From Solirubrobacteraceae bacterium (GTDB lineage: Bacteria; Actinomycetota; Thermoleophilia; Solirubrobacterales; Solirubrobacteraceae), in assembly GCA_036502205.1 (NCBI GenBank), contig DASXZA010000018.1, positions 74,758-138,757 on the forward strand: a DNA stretch of 64,000 nucleotides, given 5' to 3'. The first letter of the stretch is position 1; each line of letters begins with the position of its first letter. Below, piece after piece: positions 32,322-42,582 of this stretch. The position numbers and the translations under genes were made by a program. The notes beneath the pieces are model-generated. The model had not been told where the DNA came from, ran no database searches, and saw only the letters and a program-made list of their open reading frames with translations.

Positions 32322-34841
32322 TCAGTCCTGGAGTGCGAGCGCCGCCGGGACCGACGCCGCGAGGTAGCCGGGAACCGAGAGGATCGCCAGCGCCGTCGCG
32401 ATCACCAGCGCGAGACTCTGCAACGCTGGCAGCGCCGTGACCGAGTAGACGACGGGGAAATTCACGACGTTCGCGAGGACGCGGTCGGCGAGTTGTTGGC
32501 CGTAGATGCCGAAGATCGCACCGGTGAGGCAGCCGACGCTCAGCAGCAGCAGGCTCTCCAGCAAGATCGTCTGCCACAGTTCCGCCCGAGGGAAGCCCTC
32601 CAGCTTCAGCTTCGCCAGGCGCGGGCGGCGCTGCCAGACCAGCGCGCCCATCGCCGCTGCCATCGCCAGCACCGCCGCGATCGGGATCAGCGTCGCGATC
32701 TGGGTGAGGCTTGCCAGCGCTTCGCGGTTCAGTGCACCCTGACGCTCGACGTGTTGCTGGGCCGTCTGCACGGTGAACCCCGATTCCGGTCCCAGTGCGC
32801 GGCGAATCTCGCGTACCGCCCGAGTCGGCGCGAAGCCGGGATCGAGCAGGATGCTGTACGCGCTCGCCGCATCGCTGCCCCACGCCCGCGCGTAGTCGGA
32901 TGCGTTCATCACGATCGCGCCCGGCGCCCAGCCGACGTTCGTCGACAGCGCCGCGATGCGGAGGGTCTGCGGGTTCGGGCTCGGTAGCCGGAACGCCTCG
33001 CCGACGTGCAGGTGTCGTTCAGAGGCGATCGCCTGGGAGAGCACCAGCCAGCCGCCGGCTCGCACGCGCGCCGTTGCCTCGCGCCTATCGCCCTGCTGGA
33101 GCTGGTCTTCCGGAAGCAGCGGCATCGCGGTGCGCGGCGGTGCGATCACCAGCGCCCGGCGCTCATCGATGTCGAGCAGTCCACCGCGGTAGAGGCTCAC
33201 CGCGCGCACCCCCGGGAGATGTTCAAGTCGTCCCTGTGCGGTCGCCGCGAACGGCGCCGTATGCAGCAGGTTGTAGCTACCGGTCGGCGCGACCCAGATA
33301 TCCGTGAACGCATTCGTATCGCGCGCCGCGTTTTCCAAACCCGCGAGCAGATCGCCGTGCGCGCCCTCGATTGCGACGCTGCCGAAGACCGCGACCGCAC
33401 CCGTCGCCGCGATCGCCACCGCTCGCGCACGCGCGGCACTCAACTCCATCGCCGCTACGTGCGGCACGGGGCTCGTGATCGCGCGCGCCAGTCGTTTGAC
33501 GAGCGCGAGCGTCGCGCCGAGCGCGAGCGGAAGCTCGAGCAGCAGCCCCGCGACCAACAACACCATCCCTGCGACCGCGACCTGGGGTGCACTTAGCAGC
33601 AGCGCCGTCGCGCCCACGACGCAGAGCAGGCCCACGAGCGCGCGTCGACCACCGCCGCGCGCGCCGCTCGCCTTCAGCTGCGAATCGGTCGCCGCGAGCG
33701 GGTCGCGCGAGACGATGTCGCGTAGCGGACTGAGCACCGCCACGACTGCCGCCAGCAGCCCGCCGCCGGCGGCGATCGCGATGCTCTGCCAGCTCACCAC
33801 GCGCTGTGCGCCTACCGCGAAGGCCAGCGAGAGGAACGCCGGGCTGGAATGGAAGAGGTGGATCGAGAGCTCCTCACCCAACACCAAGCCCAAGATGCTT
33901 GCGAGCACGCCAAGCACGAGCGCGTCGAGCAGCAGCAGCCCGATCACGGTCCGCGGCTCGTATCCATCGCGACGCAGATCGGCGATCAGCCGCCGGCGCT
34001 GCGGGACCGTGAGCAGCATCGCGTTGAACGCGAACAGGAAGCCGACGAGCGCGCTGATCACCGAGAACAGCGCCGTCGTCTGATTGCTTACAGCGGAGGC
34101 CTTCGCGAATACTTTATCCTCATAGCTGGCCGACTCCACGTTCAGGCGTCCCGCCGCTAGCTTGACGAGCGCGGCCCGCACGCGCGCTTCCGCGCCCGGT
34201 GCCGGTTGCACGAGGATGCGACTCACGCGCGCCGAAAGACCGGTCATTTCCTGAACGAAGGGCAGCGGTGCGATCACGACCGGGCTCGCGATCAGCGAGC
34301 CGATCTGCCGTTCGTGGAGCTGCGCGTAGAGCGGCGCCAGCGTCGTGCGTCCAGCGAGTTGCAAGGTCACTTCCTGACCGAACTTGAGCACGCCGAGTTT
34401 CTGTGCGAGTGGTGCCGGTAGCACGACCGCGCCGATTCCGCCGAACGGCGTGAGGTCGGTGTGGCGCACGAGCGAGCCCCCCAGTCGCTTGAGATTCCCA
34501 TCCGCTCCGACGACCTCCACCGACTCGTGTCCCCGCGGGCCGATCGCGTTCGCGCTGGCTTCCAGCAGCGGTGCCGCGACACGCACGCCGGAGATGTCGC
34601 GCACCGCCGAGACCGTGCTCGCTGGGAAGCCCTCCGGACTGCGCGCTACGAGCTGCAGCGTCGCATGACCGGCGATCCCCCGCCAGAGCTGCGCCACGGA
34701 ACTCTGCAGGCTCGAGCTCGAGACTTGCGAGGCAAACAGCAGCGCGACGCCGGCCGCGATGCCGACGATCGCCAGGCACTCCTGCACCGCTCGAGCGCGC
34801 AAACGCACGGCATAGAAGCGCAACGCATTCGCCGGTTTCAC
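32322..34841 (-). CDS. FtsX/MacB-like ABC permease
   Basis: Two extracytoplasmic plus TM repeats; QRRRLIADLRRDG, QRRPRLAKLKLEG. Confidence 0.85.
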   Translation of the reverse strand: MKPANALRFYAVRLRARAVQECLAIVGIAAGVALLFASQVSSSSLQSSVAQLWRGIAGHATLQLVARSPEGFPASTVSAVRDISGVRVAAPLLEASANAIGPRGHESVEVVGADGNLKRLGGSLVRHTDLTPFGGIGAVVLPAPLAQKLGVLKFGQEVTLQLAGRTTLAPLYAQLHERQIGSLIASPVVIAPLPFVQEMTGLSARVSRILVQPAPGAEARVRAALVKLAAGRLNVESASYEDKVFAKASAVSNQTTALFSVISALVGFLFAFNAMLLTVPQRRRLIADLRRDGYEPRTVIGLLLLDALVLGVLASILGLVLGEELSIHLFHSSPAFLSLAFAVGAQRVVSWQSIAIAAGGGLLAAVVAVLSPLRDIVSRDPLAATDSQLKASGARGGGRRALVGLLCVVGATALLLSAPQVAVAGMVLLVAGLLLELPLALGATLALVKRLARAITSPVPHVAAMELSAARARAVAIAATGAVAVFGSVAIEGAHGDLLAGLENAARDTNAFTDIWVAPTGSYNLLHTAPFAATAQGRLEHLPGVRAVSLYRGGLLDIDERRALVIAPPRTAMPLLPEDQLQQGDRREATARVRAGGWLVLSQAIASERHLHVGEAFRLPSPNPQTLRIAALSTNVGWAPGAIVMNASDYARAWGSDAASAYSILLDPGFAPTRAVREIRRALGPESGFTVQTAQQHVERQGALNREALASLTQIATLIPIAAVLAMAAAMGALVWQRRPRLAKLKLEGFPRAELWQTILLESLLLLSVGCLTGAIFGIYGQQLADRVLANVVNFPVVYSVTALPALQSLALVIATALAILSVPGYLAASVPAALALQD

Positions 34842-35551
34842 GGTGTCGGGCCACCGGTGCTCGCGAGGTACTCGCGGTCGGTCTCATAGTCACCGAGCTT
34901 GCCGTCGCGCAACGCGAATACTCGGTCCGCGTAGCGCGCCGCCATCGGATCGTGGCTGACGAGCACCACGGCCACGCCGCGCTCGCGGCACAGCTCCCGC
35001 AGGAGCTCGAGCACTTCCCGCCCGCGCTGCGTGTCGAGGCTACCCGTCGGCTCGTCCGCGAGCAGCAGGCGCGGCATCGTCGATAGCGCCCTCGCGATCA
35101 TCACACGCTGACGCTCACCCATCGAGAGCGTCTCGGCACGGTGGCGCAGACGCTCGCCCAGACCGAGGCGCTCCAGCAGCGGCTCGATCTCACGTTGTGC
35201 CTCGCGCCAGCGCATCGTCTTGAGCAGCTTCAAGATCGCGTTGTCGATTGCGCTGACACCCGGCAGGAGGTCGAAGTTCTGGCGGATGAACCCCAGTTCA
35301 GAGAGCCTGAAATGCGACGCCTCCCGCTCGGACAAAGAAGATACGTCGCGCCCACCGATCACCACCGCGCCCGCCGTCGGCTCCAGCAGCGTCGCGACCA
35401 TCAGCAGCAGCGTCGTCTTGCCCGAGCCGCTGGGGCCATACAGCGCGACCATCTCGCCGGGCTGCACTCGCAGCGACACGCCGTCTACCGCGCGTACCGT
35501 CTCTCCGCCCACTGACGGGTAGTGCTTGACCAGCTCACGTAGCTCGAGCAT
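34838..35551 (-). CDS. ABC transporter ATP-binding protein (LolD type)
   Basis: GPSGSGKTT, LSMGERQR, ADEPTGSLD, VSHD. Confidence 0.95.
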   Translation of the reverse strand: MLELRELVKHYPSVGGETVRAVDGVSLRVQPGEMVALYGPSGSGKTTLLLMVATLLEPTAGAVVIGGRDVSSLSEREASHFRLSELGFIRQNFDLLPGVSAIDNAILKLLKTMRWREAQREIEPLLERLGLGERLRHRAETLSMGERQRVMIARALSTMPRLLLADEPTGSLDTQRGREVLELLRELCRERGVAVVLVSHDPMAARYADRVFALRDGKLGDYETDREYLASTGGPTP

Positions 35552-35590
35552 CGGTCGTCCCCTGTGCCGTCGCCGCGATCAGTAGCGCCG

Positions 35591-36115
35591 TCACTCCAAG
35601 ACCCGGCCGCTGACGCGTACCGCGATCGCATCGTTGGAGCGTTGGATCGTGCCGCTGAAGCTCAGGCCCGATCCGCGAGCGTTGCGATAGCTGCCCGTTC
35701 CGCGGCTGATCGCCAGCGAACCCGAGAAGCTCGCCATCGTGCTGCCCTTGTGGTAGCTCGCCGTCGCCTTGCCGCTGATCGAGCCGCCGCTTGGCGAGAT
35801 GCTGACTTCTGCCGTCACGCGATTCGTCGAGACGATCTGCAGATGCACGTAGATTGTTCCCCGCACCGTCCCCGATGCCGGGCCCTGCTCGTTGAGTGTG
35901 AAGCCGTGTTTGCTCGTCAGGTGTAGGTTGCCGCTCTCGTTCAGCGTGAGCGTCCCCGCCGTTCGCGCCGGTGCGCCGGCGAGTCGAGTACCGGCGCTGC
36001 CGGGCTCCGCGCGGTCTCCGGCCGCGAGCGGCGCGAGAATCAGCAACGTGGCGAGTGACGTCGTGGCGGCGGCCAGGACGCGGCGACCGGTCGCTCGCTG
36101 AGTGAGGTCATGCAT
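35591..36115 (-). CDS. Secreted beta-rich hypothetical protein
   Basis: Signal peptide with TGRRVL; Gly/Ser/Thr beta-strand pattern, RGTGSY. Confidence 0.75.
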   Translation of the reverse strand: MHDLTQRATGRRVLAAATTSLATLLILAPLAAGDRAEPGSAGTRLAGAPARTAGTLTLNESGNLHLTSKHGFTLNEQGPASGTVRGTIYVHLQIVSTNRVTAEVSISPSGGSISGKATASYHKGSTMASFSGSLAISRGTGSYRNARGSGLSFSGTIQRSNDAIAVRVSGRVLE

Positions 36116-36141
36116 TTGTCACACCTTTCTCTCTCGGATGC

Positions 36142-36978
36142 TCATGCCGGACAGGGGATCTTCGCGAGCGCGTTGTCCTGTGCGCCGCTGGCGTAGGTGA
36201 ACGCGGCCGAGAACGGAAGGCCGCCACGGGGGCAATGTGTGGGTACGACGACCGTGGCCGAAGCCCGCGTCCGCTTGTGTGCGCCGATGCCGATCGTCAG
36301 CGAGAAGTTGGTGATCGAGGCGTCCGGCTGGCCCGGCACCGTCGCGAGTGGGGGAATCGACATCTCCAACTCTTCTCCGAAGGGAGCGTGGGCGGGGAGC
36401 GCCGTCGCGGTGAGGACCATCGCCCGGCCGAGCGGTTTGAATCCCTCGCCCAGGATCTCGAACGTCGGCTGCAGATTGCGTAGCGGCCCGAGAAAGGCCC
36501 ATAGCTGTACTTGCTCGACCACCGGCTGAGACCCGAGGTTGAACAGCGCCGTCGCGTGTCCGGTGCCGATCAGCGCTTGCGCCGGGCAGCCGCTCACTCC
36601 GTGTTCCAGCAGCACTTCCGCATTGCAACTGCGAAGGACCGGGATGTTGAGCGAGAGTCCCGCCGGAAGGCCCAAGATCGCCTTGCGCACTGGCGAGGGC
36701 AAGCCGGATTCTCCGCCCGAGTAGTCGATCGCGACCGTCAAGGTCGCTTTGGCGCGACGCCGGTCGGGGGATAGCGAGGGTGCGATGCTTGCTGAGGTCG
36801 CGGTCGTCTGGGCGGCCACCGCGCCAAATTCGGTCGGGGCGAGGTCGGGTGGCCCGATCTCGCCGGATGAGCCCATTTCGGCGGGCGGACCGATCTCGGC
36901 AGCTGCCGCACTCGCAGTCGCGGTCAGCGCCAGGCAGGCGGACAGCACAGCGAGTAGGACCCAAAGCTTCGGCGCCAT
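36142..36978 (-). CDS. Secreted hypothetical protein with Cys pairs
   Basis: Signal peptide; SC...GCP and HCP...IPC; GAGGAG RBS upstream. Confidence 0.75.
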   Translation of the reverse strand: MAPKLWVLLAVLSACLALTATASAAAAEIGPPAEMGSSGEIGPPDLAPTEFGAVAAQTTATSASIAPSLSPDRRRAKATLTVAIDYSGGESGLPSPVRKAILGLPAGLSLNIPVLRSCNAEVLLEHGVSGCPAQALIGTGHATALFNLGSQPVVEQVQLWAFLGPLRNLQPTFEILGEGFKPLGRAMVLTATALPAHAPFGEELEMSIPPLATVPGQPDASITNFSLTIGIGAHKRTRASATVVVPTHCPRGGLPFSAAFTYASGAQDNALAKIPCPA

Positions 36979-37055
36979 CGCCTCTTCCTCTCCTCACAGT
37001 TACCCGAAGACGACCCTGCCGCCAGCCGGCTCGGAAAGCCGGCCTCCTTCCAAAA

Positions 37056-37124
37056 ACTTGACTTTACCGACGGTAACATGAAGCGCGGTGGTTTGTCAAG
37101 TATTTGCCAGTGTACTAGGCAAAT
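37056..37124. promoter_or_regulatory. AT-rich control region with palindromes (candidate TetR operators)
   Basis: TTACCG-A-CGGTAA at 37064-37076; ATTTGCC...GGCAAAT at 37102-37124; ACTTGAC...GTCAAGT. Confidence 0.55.
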
Positions 37125-37261
37125 GGCACAATTTGTTGCACGTGTGACGAATTCGCCGATCCGCTTCGCCATCTCGAACCGCTCATCGACTCTCTCAGAT
37201 CATCGCGATACCGCGCCCGAGTGACGGCCGGCAATTTCGCGATGCTTCAGCGCGAATCCGC

Positions 37262-38890
37262 TCAGAACAATCCGAAGCCGCGACCCGCGTGTTGCACGAG
37301 GTCGAATAGCGGCTGCGGGACAATCCCGAAGAAGAGCGTCGCCGCGCCCGCGAGGACCGCGACGAACGCGACCTCGAGCTGCGGGGAATTGACGCTCGCG
37401 CCGTCGCCTGCCGCGGCTGCGCCGGAGTCTGGCGCTGCGTCCAGCTCTTGCGAGCCCCCCGCGATCGCGGGCAGCGGATTCGCCGGGAACGGTCCGGCAC
37501 CGGCAGGCTGCGCGTCGTCTTCACCGGCGGTGACCGGTCGGCCCATCCACATCGCCGCGATCACCGGCAGGTAGTAGCCGAGCGAGATCATCGAGCCGAT
37601 CACGATCACGACTCCCAGCCACGTGTAGCCACCCGCGACCGCCGCATCGATCAAGTAGAACTTGCCCATGAAGCCCGCCGTCGCCGGGATGCCTGCGAGG
37701 CCGAGCATCGCGAGCGTCATCGGCCACGCCAGGTAGGGCCGCTCGCGCCCGAGGCCCGCGAGTGAGCGCACGCTGTCGCCCTCGCCCGTTTCGCGCTCGC
37801 GCGCCGTGATCACCGCAAATGCCGCCATGTTCATGAAGAGGTACACCGCGAGGTAGAAGACCGTCGCGCGAATCCCCAGCTCGGTCGCCACGACGACGCC
37901 CGCGAGCATGTAGCCGGCCTGCGCGACGGCTGAGTAGGCGAGCATCCGCTTCAGCGAGGACTGTCCCAGCGCACCCACGTTGCCGACGATGATCGTGATC
38001 GCCGCCAGCGTCGCCAGCGCCGGCCCCCAGCTTTGCTGCACTTCGACGAGCGCGACGTCGAAGAAGCGCAGGAATACGCCCAGCGCCGCGACCTTTGTCG
38101 CGACCGCCATGAACGCCGTCACCGGTGTCGGCGCGCCCTCGTAGACGTCCGGCGTCCACTGGTGGAAGGGCGCGACAGAGGCCTTGAAGCAGAGGCCCGC
38201 GACGCACAGCGCGATGCCCGTCAACAGCAGCACGTTGCCACTCAGGCCGTGGCCGGAGATTGCCGCCGCGATCGCGCTGAAGTCAGTCGCGCCCGTCGCG
38301 CCGTATATCAACGCTAGGCCGTACAGCAGCGTCGCCGATCCCAGCGAGCCGATAATCAGGTACTTCAGCCCCGACTCCAGCGAGTGCTCGCGGCGCATTT
38401 CGCTTGCGCACAGCACGTAGAGTGGGATCGAAAGGAGCTCCAGGCCGACGAACACCATAACCGTGTTCTGCGCCGCCGCCAGCAAGAACATCCCGCCAAT
38501 CGACGTCAGCAGCAGCGCGTGGAACTCGCCATGCGCCGCTTCGTGAGCCGCACGCGAGCGCCACGCCAGCAGCACCGCTGCTGCGCCACCCGCCAGCAAG
38601 ATCAAGTTGAGCGCGAGCGAGAGATCGTCGATCCGCAGCGCGCCCGCGACGATCGACTTCTGGGCATTCCACTGCCAGATCGTCAGGCCCACCCCCGCAC
38701 CGAGCGCCGCGAGGCTGAGAGCCGGCACGACGTGCTCGCGTATTCGTTGCGACCCCAGCAGGCCTACGAGGAGCACGATCACCGCGCCGCCCAGGAGTGC
38801 GATCAGCGGCGAGAGACCCGCGAAGTCGACATGCGGGCCTTTCAGATGCGTCGCCGTCGCCGCGGATGGGAAATAGTGCACGAGGTTCAT
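37262..38890 (-). CDS. nuoN: NADH-quinone oxidoreductase subunit N
   Basis: LELLSIPLY, FKASVAPFHQWTPDVYEGAP, KRMLAYS. Confidence 0.96.
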   Translation of the reverse strand: MNLVHYFPSAATATHLKGPHVDFAGLSPLIALLGGAVIVLLVGLLGSQRIREHVVPALSLAALGAGVGLTIWQWNAQKSIVAGALRIDDLSLALNLILLAGGAAAVLLAWRSRAAHEAAHGEFHALLLTSIGGMFLLAAAQNTVMVFVGLELLSIPLYVLCASEMRREHSLESGLKYLIIGSLGSATLLYGLALIYGATGATDFSAIAAAISGHGLSGNVLLLTGIALCVAGLCFKASVAPFHQWTPDVYEGAPTPVTAFMAVATKVAALGVFLRFFDVALVEVQQSWGPALATLAAITIIVGNVGALGQSSLKRMLAYSAVAQAGYMLAGVVVATELGIRATVFYLAVYLFMNMAAFAVITARERETGEGDSVRSLAGLGRERPYLAWPMTLAMLGLAGIPATAGFMGKFYLIDAAVAGGYTWLGVVIVIGSMISLGYYLPVIAAMWMGRPVTAGEDDAQPAGAGPFPANPLPAIAGGSQELDAAPDSGAAAAGDGASVNSPQLEVAFVAVLAGAATLFFGIVPQPLFDLVQHAGRGFGLF

Positions 38891-40419
38891 GGAGCCGTGC
38901 TTGCCGTCGCCGGGGGAGTGCTGCGCAGCGCAGCTTGCGCAGAGGCCACGGCGGCCTTCGCCGAGCCTTCACTGCGCTGCAGCGCCAGCTGCGGGTAGAC
39001 CGCGAAGAAGAGAATCACGGCCACGAGTGGCACCAGGACCGCCGCGTCCGTGCGCGTGAGCTCACGCGATTTCACGCCGCTGCCGACGCGGTTGTGCATT
39101 GCACCGATAAACAGGCGCAACGCGTACACGCTAGCCATCACCACACCGCTGAACGCGATGATCGCGATCGCGAGCTTCGCTTTGAAGACACCCAGCAGGA
39201 TCAGGAACTCGCCGACGAAGTTCGACGAGCCCGGCATCGCCAGCGTCGCCAGCGCGACGATCAAGAACAGCGACGCCAGCACCGGTGCGCGGAACGCGAT
39301 GCCGCCCATCTCGCGAATGTCCTGCGAGCCACCCGCGCGCTGCGCCAGCAGCGCGATGATGAAGAACAGCGGCGCCACCACCAAGCCGTGGTTGACCATC
39401 TGCAGCAGCGCGCCCTGCGCGCCCTGCGGATTGAGCGCGAAGATCCCCAGCGTGATGAAACCGAGTTGCGCCACCGAGGAGAAGCCCGCGATCAGGCGCG
39501 CGTCGGTTTGCGTGAACGCCATCGCCGAGCCATAGACGATTGAGGCCAGCGCGATCAGCAGCATCAGCAGCTGGAAGTGCGCTGCCGCCTTGGGGAACAG
39601 CGGCAGCACGATCGCTAGGAACCCGTACGCGCCGACCTTCGAGAGCACGCCCGAGAAGACCATCAGCACCTCGATCGGCATCGCGCGGTAGCCGTCCGGC
39701 ATCCAGCCGTGCAACGGGAACGCCGGCATCTTCACCAGGAACGCCGCCGCGAAGAACAGGAAGATCCACTCCTGCGAGCCCGTGCTCAGCGGCAGATGGC
39801 GCAACGCCGAGAGCGAGAAGTTCAGCGCCGTGCCGTGGTCCTGGGAGGCGAGCACCCCCGTCGCGATCGCCGCCGCCAGCATCAGCAGCGAGCCGACCAG
39901 CGTGTAGATCACGAGCTTGATCGTCGCTTTCACGCGATCCGGTCCCACGCCCCAGCCGCCGATCAGGAAGTAGAACGGGATCAGCATCAGGTCGAAGAAC
40001 GCCACGAACAGCGCCAGGTCCTGCGCGAGGAATGCGCCCAGCACGGCGGACTCCGCGAGCATGAAGTGGAAGTAGAAGAGGCGCGGGCGCTCGGGTGGGT
40101 GGGATCCGGTCCTGAGGTTCGCCGACAGGACCGCCGCTGCGAAGAGCAGCGTCGTCAATCCCACCAGCAGCACGTTCAGGCCGCTGATCCCCAGCTTGTA
40201 GTGGATGCCGAGCGTCGGGATCCACGCGACGTTCGTCACGTGCTGCAGTGCCGCTCCGCCGACGTGATAGTCGGCGATGTAGCCGATCGCCAGGCCCAGG
40301 GCCACGACCGAGCCGAGCAGCGCCAACGCGCCGGGAATGCGCTCGTTGCCCAGTGCGGCGAGCGCGCCCAGCAGGCCGCAGGCGAGAGGCAGCCAGATCA
40401 AGATCGAAAGTGGTGGCAT
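38887..40419 (-). CDS. nuoM: NADH-quinone oxidoreductase subunit M
   Basis: VKMPAFPLHGWMPD, KVGAYG, QMVNHG, FVGEF. Confidence 0.96.
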   Translation of the reverse strand: MPPLSILIWLPLACGLLGALAALGNERIPGALALLGSVVALGLAIGYIADYHVGGAALQHVTNVAWIPTLGIHYKLGISGLNVLLVGLTTLLFAAAVLSANLRTGSHPPERPRLFYFHFMLAESAVLGAFLAQDLALFVAFFDLMLIPFYFLIGGWGVGPDRVKATIKLVIYTLVGSLLMLAAAIATGVLASQDHGTALNFSLSALRHLPLSTGSQEWIFLFFAAAFLVKMPAFPLHGWMPDGYRAMPIEVLMVFSGVLSKVGAYGFLAIVLPLFPKAAAHFQLLMLLIALASIVYGSAMAFTQTDARLIAGFSSVAQLGFITLGIFALNPQGAQGALLQMVNHGLVVAPLFFIIALLAQRAGGSQDIREMGGIAFRAPVLASLFLIVALATLAMPGSSNFVGEFLILLGVFKAKLAIAIIAFSGVVMASVYALRLFIGAMHNRVGSGVKSRELTRTDAAVLVPLVAVILFFAVYPQLALQRSEGSAKAAVASAQAALRSTPPATASTAP

Positions 40420-40429
40420 CGGCTCAGCT

Positions 40430-40565
40430 CAGGTGTTTGATTGGCATCGGGTTGCGGGCTAGGACCGCAGCAGGAATGTGCTTGGCGGGCATCGGTTGGC
40501 AGGTCAGGACTGCAGCAGGAATGTGTTTGGCGAGCATCGTCGGTAGGTCAGGACTGCAGCAGGAA
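40430..40565. repeat. 44-45 nt tandem triplication of the nuoL-nuoM junction
   Basis: aggac(t/c)gcagcaggaa at 40461, 40506, 40550. Confidence 0.85.
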
Positions 40566-42557
40566 GTAGAGGCCGAGTGCGCCGACGCCGAGCACGAGTA
40601 GCGCGGCGTAGTAACGCAGGAAACCGGTTTGCAGCGCACGCACCGCCGCCGAGCCCGCGCGCACGATGCCCGTGCTGCCGCCGACCAAGGTGCCGTCGAC
40701 GAAGATCCGCTCGAACGTGTCTCGCGCCCAGCGTCCGAACCCGGCGGCCGGACGCACGATCAGCAGATTGATGGCCTCGTCGAAGTACCACTTGTGCCAC
40801 AGCAACTCGTACAGCTTCCCGAAGCGCAGGCGCGCCGCGACCGCGATGACCGGCTGCTTGACCCAGATGCGGTACGCGATCGCGATGCCCGCGAGCCCCA
40901 GCAGCGTGCCGAGGATCAGGCCGAACACGAGCAGCCCGTCGCGCGTGTGCGGTTCGTACAGCGGCGAGCCCGCGAACGTCGGGCGCAAGAAGTTGACGAC
41001 CACCTGGTCGACTTCGGGGATCTGGATGAGCCCCGCGCCGATCGCGCCGATCGCGAGGAAGCTCATCGCGATCCGCATCGGCAACGCGCGCTCGGCAATC
41101 GTGTGGTGTGGGCCCGGGAAGCCGACGTCGGTGTCCTCGAGCTCGCCGTTCGCCGGATTTGTCGGGTGCTCCGCGTGGTGCAGGTGGCCGCTTTCCAGCT
41201 CGCGCGCCTCCGCGACCGGCTCGCCGTAGAAGGCGCGGAAGATCATCCGGAACGTGTAGATCGCCGTCAGGAACGCGCCGATGTAACCGACCACGTACAG
41301 CGCCCAGTGCCAGCCGCCGCGCTCGGCCGTCACCAGCAGAATCTCGTCCTTGGAGAAGAAGCCCGAGAACGGTGGGATACCCGACAGCGCGAGGCCGCCG
41401 ATCACAAAGCACGCAAATGTGAACGGCATCGCCTTGCGAAAGCCGCCCATCTTCTCCAGCGACTGCTCGCCGCCCATCGCGCCGATGATCGAGCCCGCGC
41501 CCATGAACAGCAGGGCCTTGAAGAACGCGTGCGTCATCAGGTGGAACATCCCCGCCGCGTACGCGCCGACCGAGACCCCCATGATCATGTAGCCGATCTG
41601 CGACATCGTCGAGTACGCGATTACGCGCTTGATGTCGGTTTGCACGAGCGCGATCGTGCCCGCGATCAGCAGCGTCGCCGCGCCGACGATCGCGCCGACG
41701 TCCTGCGCGGCCGGGGCGAGTTCGAAGAGCACGTGCATGCGCGCGATCAGGTAGACGCCCGCCGTCACCATCGTCGCCGCGTGGATCAGTGCGCTGACCG
41801 GCGTCGGGCCCTCCATCGCGTCCGGCAGCCACGTGTGCAGCGGGATCTGCGCCGACTTCGCGAACGCCCCTACGAGCAGCAGTAGGCAGCCCGCGACGAT
41901 GTCCGCTTCGCCGGAGTGGAACACGTGCGGCGCCGCTTTGAAGACGCCGAGGTATTCGAGCGTCCCGGTGTGCTTGAAGATGAAATATGTACCCAGCACC
42001 AGGCCCGCGTCGCCGAGCACATTGATCACAAACGCCTTGATCCCCGCACGCGTCGCCGTGCTGCGGCGGTACCAAAAGGAGATCAGCAGATACGACGCCG
42101 CGCCCACGAACGCCCAGCCGACGATCAGCAGTGCGAAATTGCCCGCGAGCACCAGCAGCAGCATCGAGAACACGAAGAAGTTCAGGTACGCGAAGTAGCG
42201 CGCGAAGCCGCGGTCTTCTTCGAGGTAGGAGATCGAGTAGAGGTGGATCATCGTCGAGATCCCGCTGACGATCAGGATCATGTACACCGACAGCGGGTCC
42301 ACCAGGATCGAGACGTGCACGTTGACGCCCACCGTCACCGCATAGCTCCACAGCGAAGCGGTCAGCTCGCGGTGCGCCGGCGGTTCGCCCTGCATCGCGA
42401 TCAACGCTCCGAGCGCCGCGAGGAACGCCAGGCCGATCGCGGCCGTCGCGATCCAGCCCGCGGTGCGGCCCGGAAGGACGCGGAAGCCGAAGCCGATCAC
42501 GAGCGTCCCCAGCAGCGGGAACAGCAGCACCAGCCAGCCGTAGGTAGTAGCGCTCAT
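40548..42557 (-). CDS. nuoL: NADH-quinone oxidoreductase subunit L
   Basis: KSAQIPLHTWLPDAMEGPTPVSALIHAATMVTAG, THAFFKALLF. Confidence 0.97.
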   Translation of the reverse strand: MSATTYGWLVLLFPLLGTLVIGFGFRVLPGRTAGWIATAAIGLAFLAALGALIAMQGEPPAHRELTASLWSYAVTVGVNVHVSILVDPLSVYMILIVSGISTMIHLYSISYLEEDRGFARYFAYLNFFVFSMLLLVLAGNFALLIVGWAFVGAASYLLISFWYRRSTATRAGIKAFVINVLGDAGLVLGTYFIFKHTGTLEYLGVFKAAPHVFHSGEADIVAGCLLLLVGAFAKSAQIPLHTWLPDAMEGPTPVSALIHAATMVTAGVYLIARMHVLFELAPAAQDVGAIVGAATLLIAGTIALVQTDIKRVIAYSTMSQIGYMIMGVSVGAYAAGMFHLMTHAFFKALLFMGAGSIIGAMGGEQSLEKMGGFRKAMPFTFACFVIGGLALSGIPPFSGFFSKDEILLVTAERGGWHWALYVVGYIGAFLTAIYTFRMIFRAFYGEPVAEARELESGHLHHAEHPTNPANGELEDTDVGFPGPHHTIAERALPMRIAMSFLAIGAIGAGLIQIPEVDQVVVNFLRPTFAGSPLYEPHTRDGLLVFGLILGTLLGLAGIAIAYRIWVKQPVIAVAARLRFGKLYELLWHKWYFDEAINLLIVRPAAGFGRWARDTFERIFVDGTLVGGSTGIVRAGSAAVRALQTGFLRYYAALLVLGVGALGLYFLLQS

Positions 42558-42582
42558 CGAACGAGCCCGCCTGGGCGCAGGG

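Noticed and set aside
40430-40565. nuoL-nuoM repeat as a mini-CRISPR or REP element
   Set aside because: The intervening sequences are homologous to each other and the unit derives from the local gene junction
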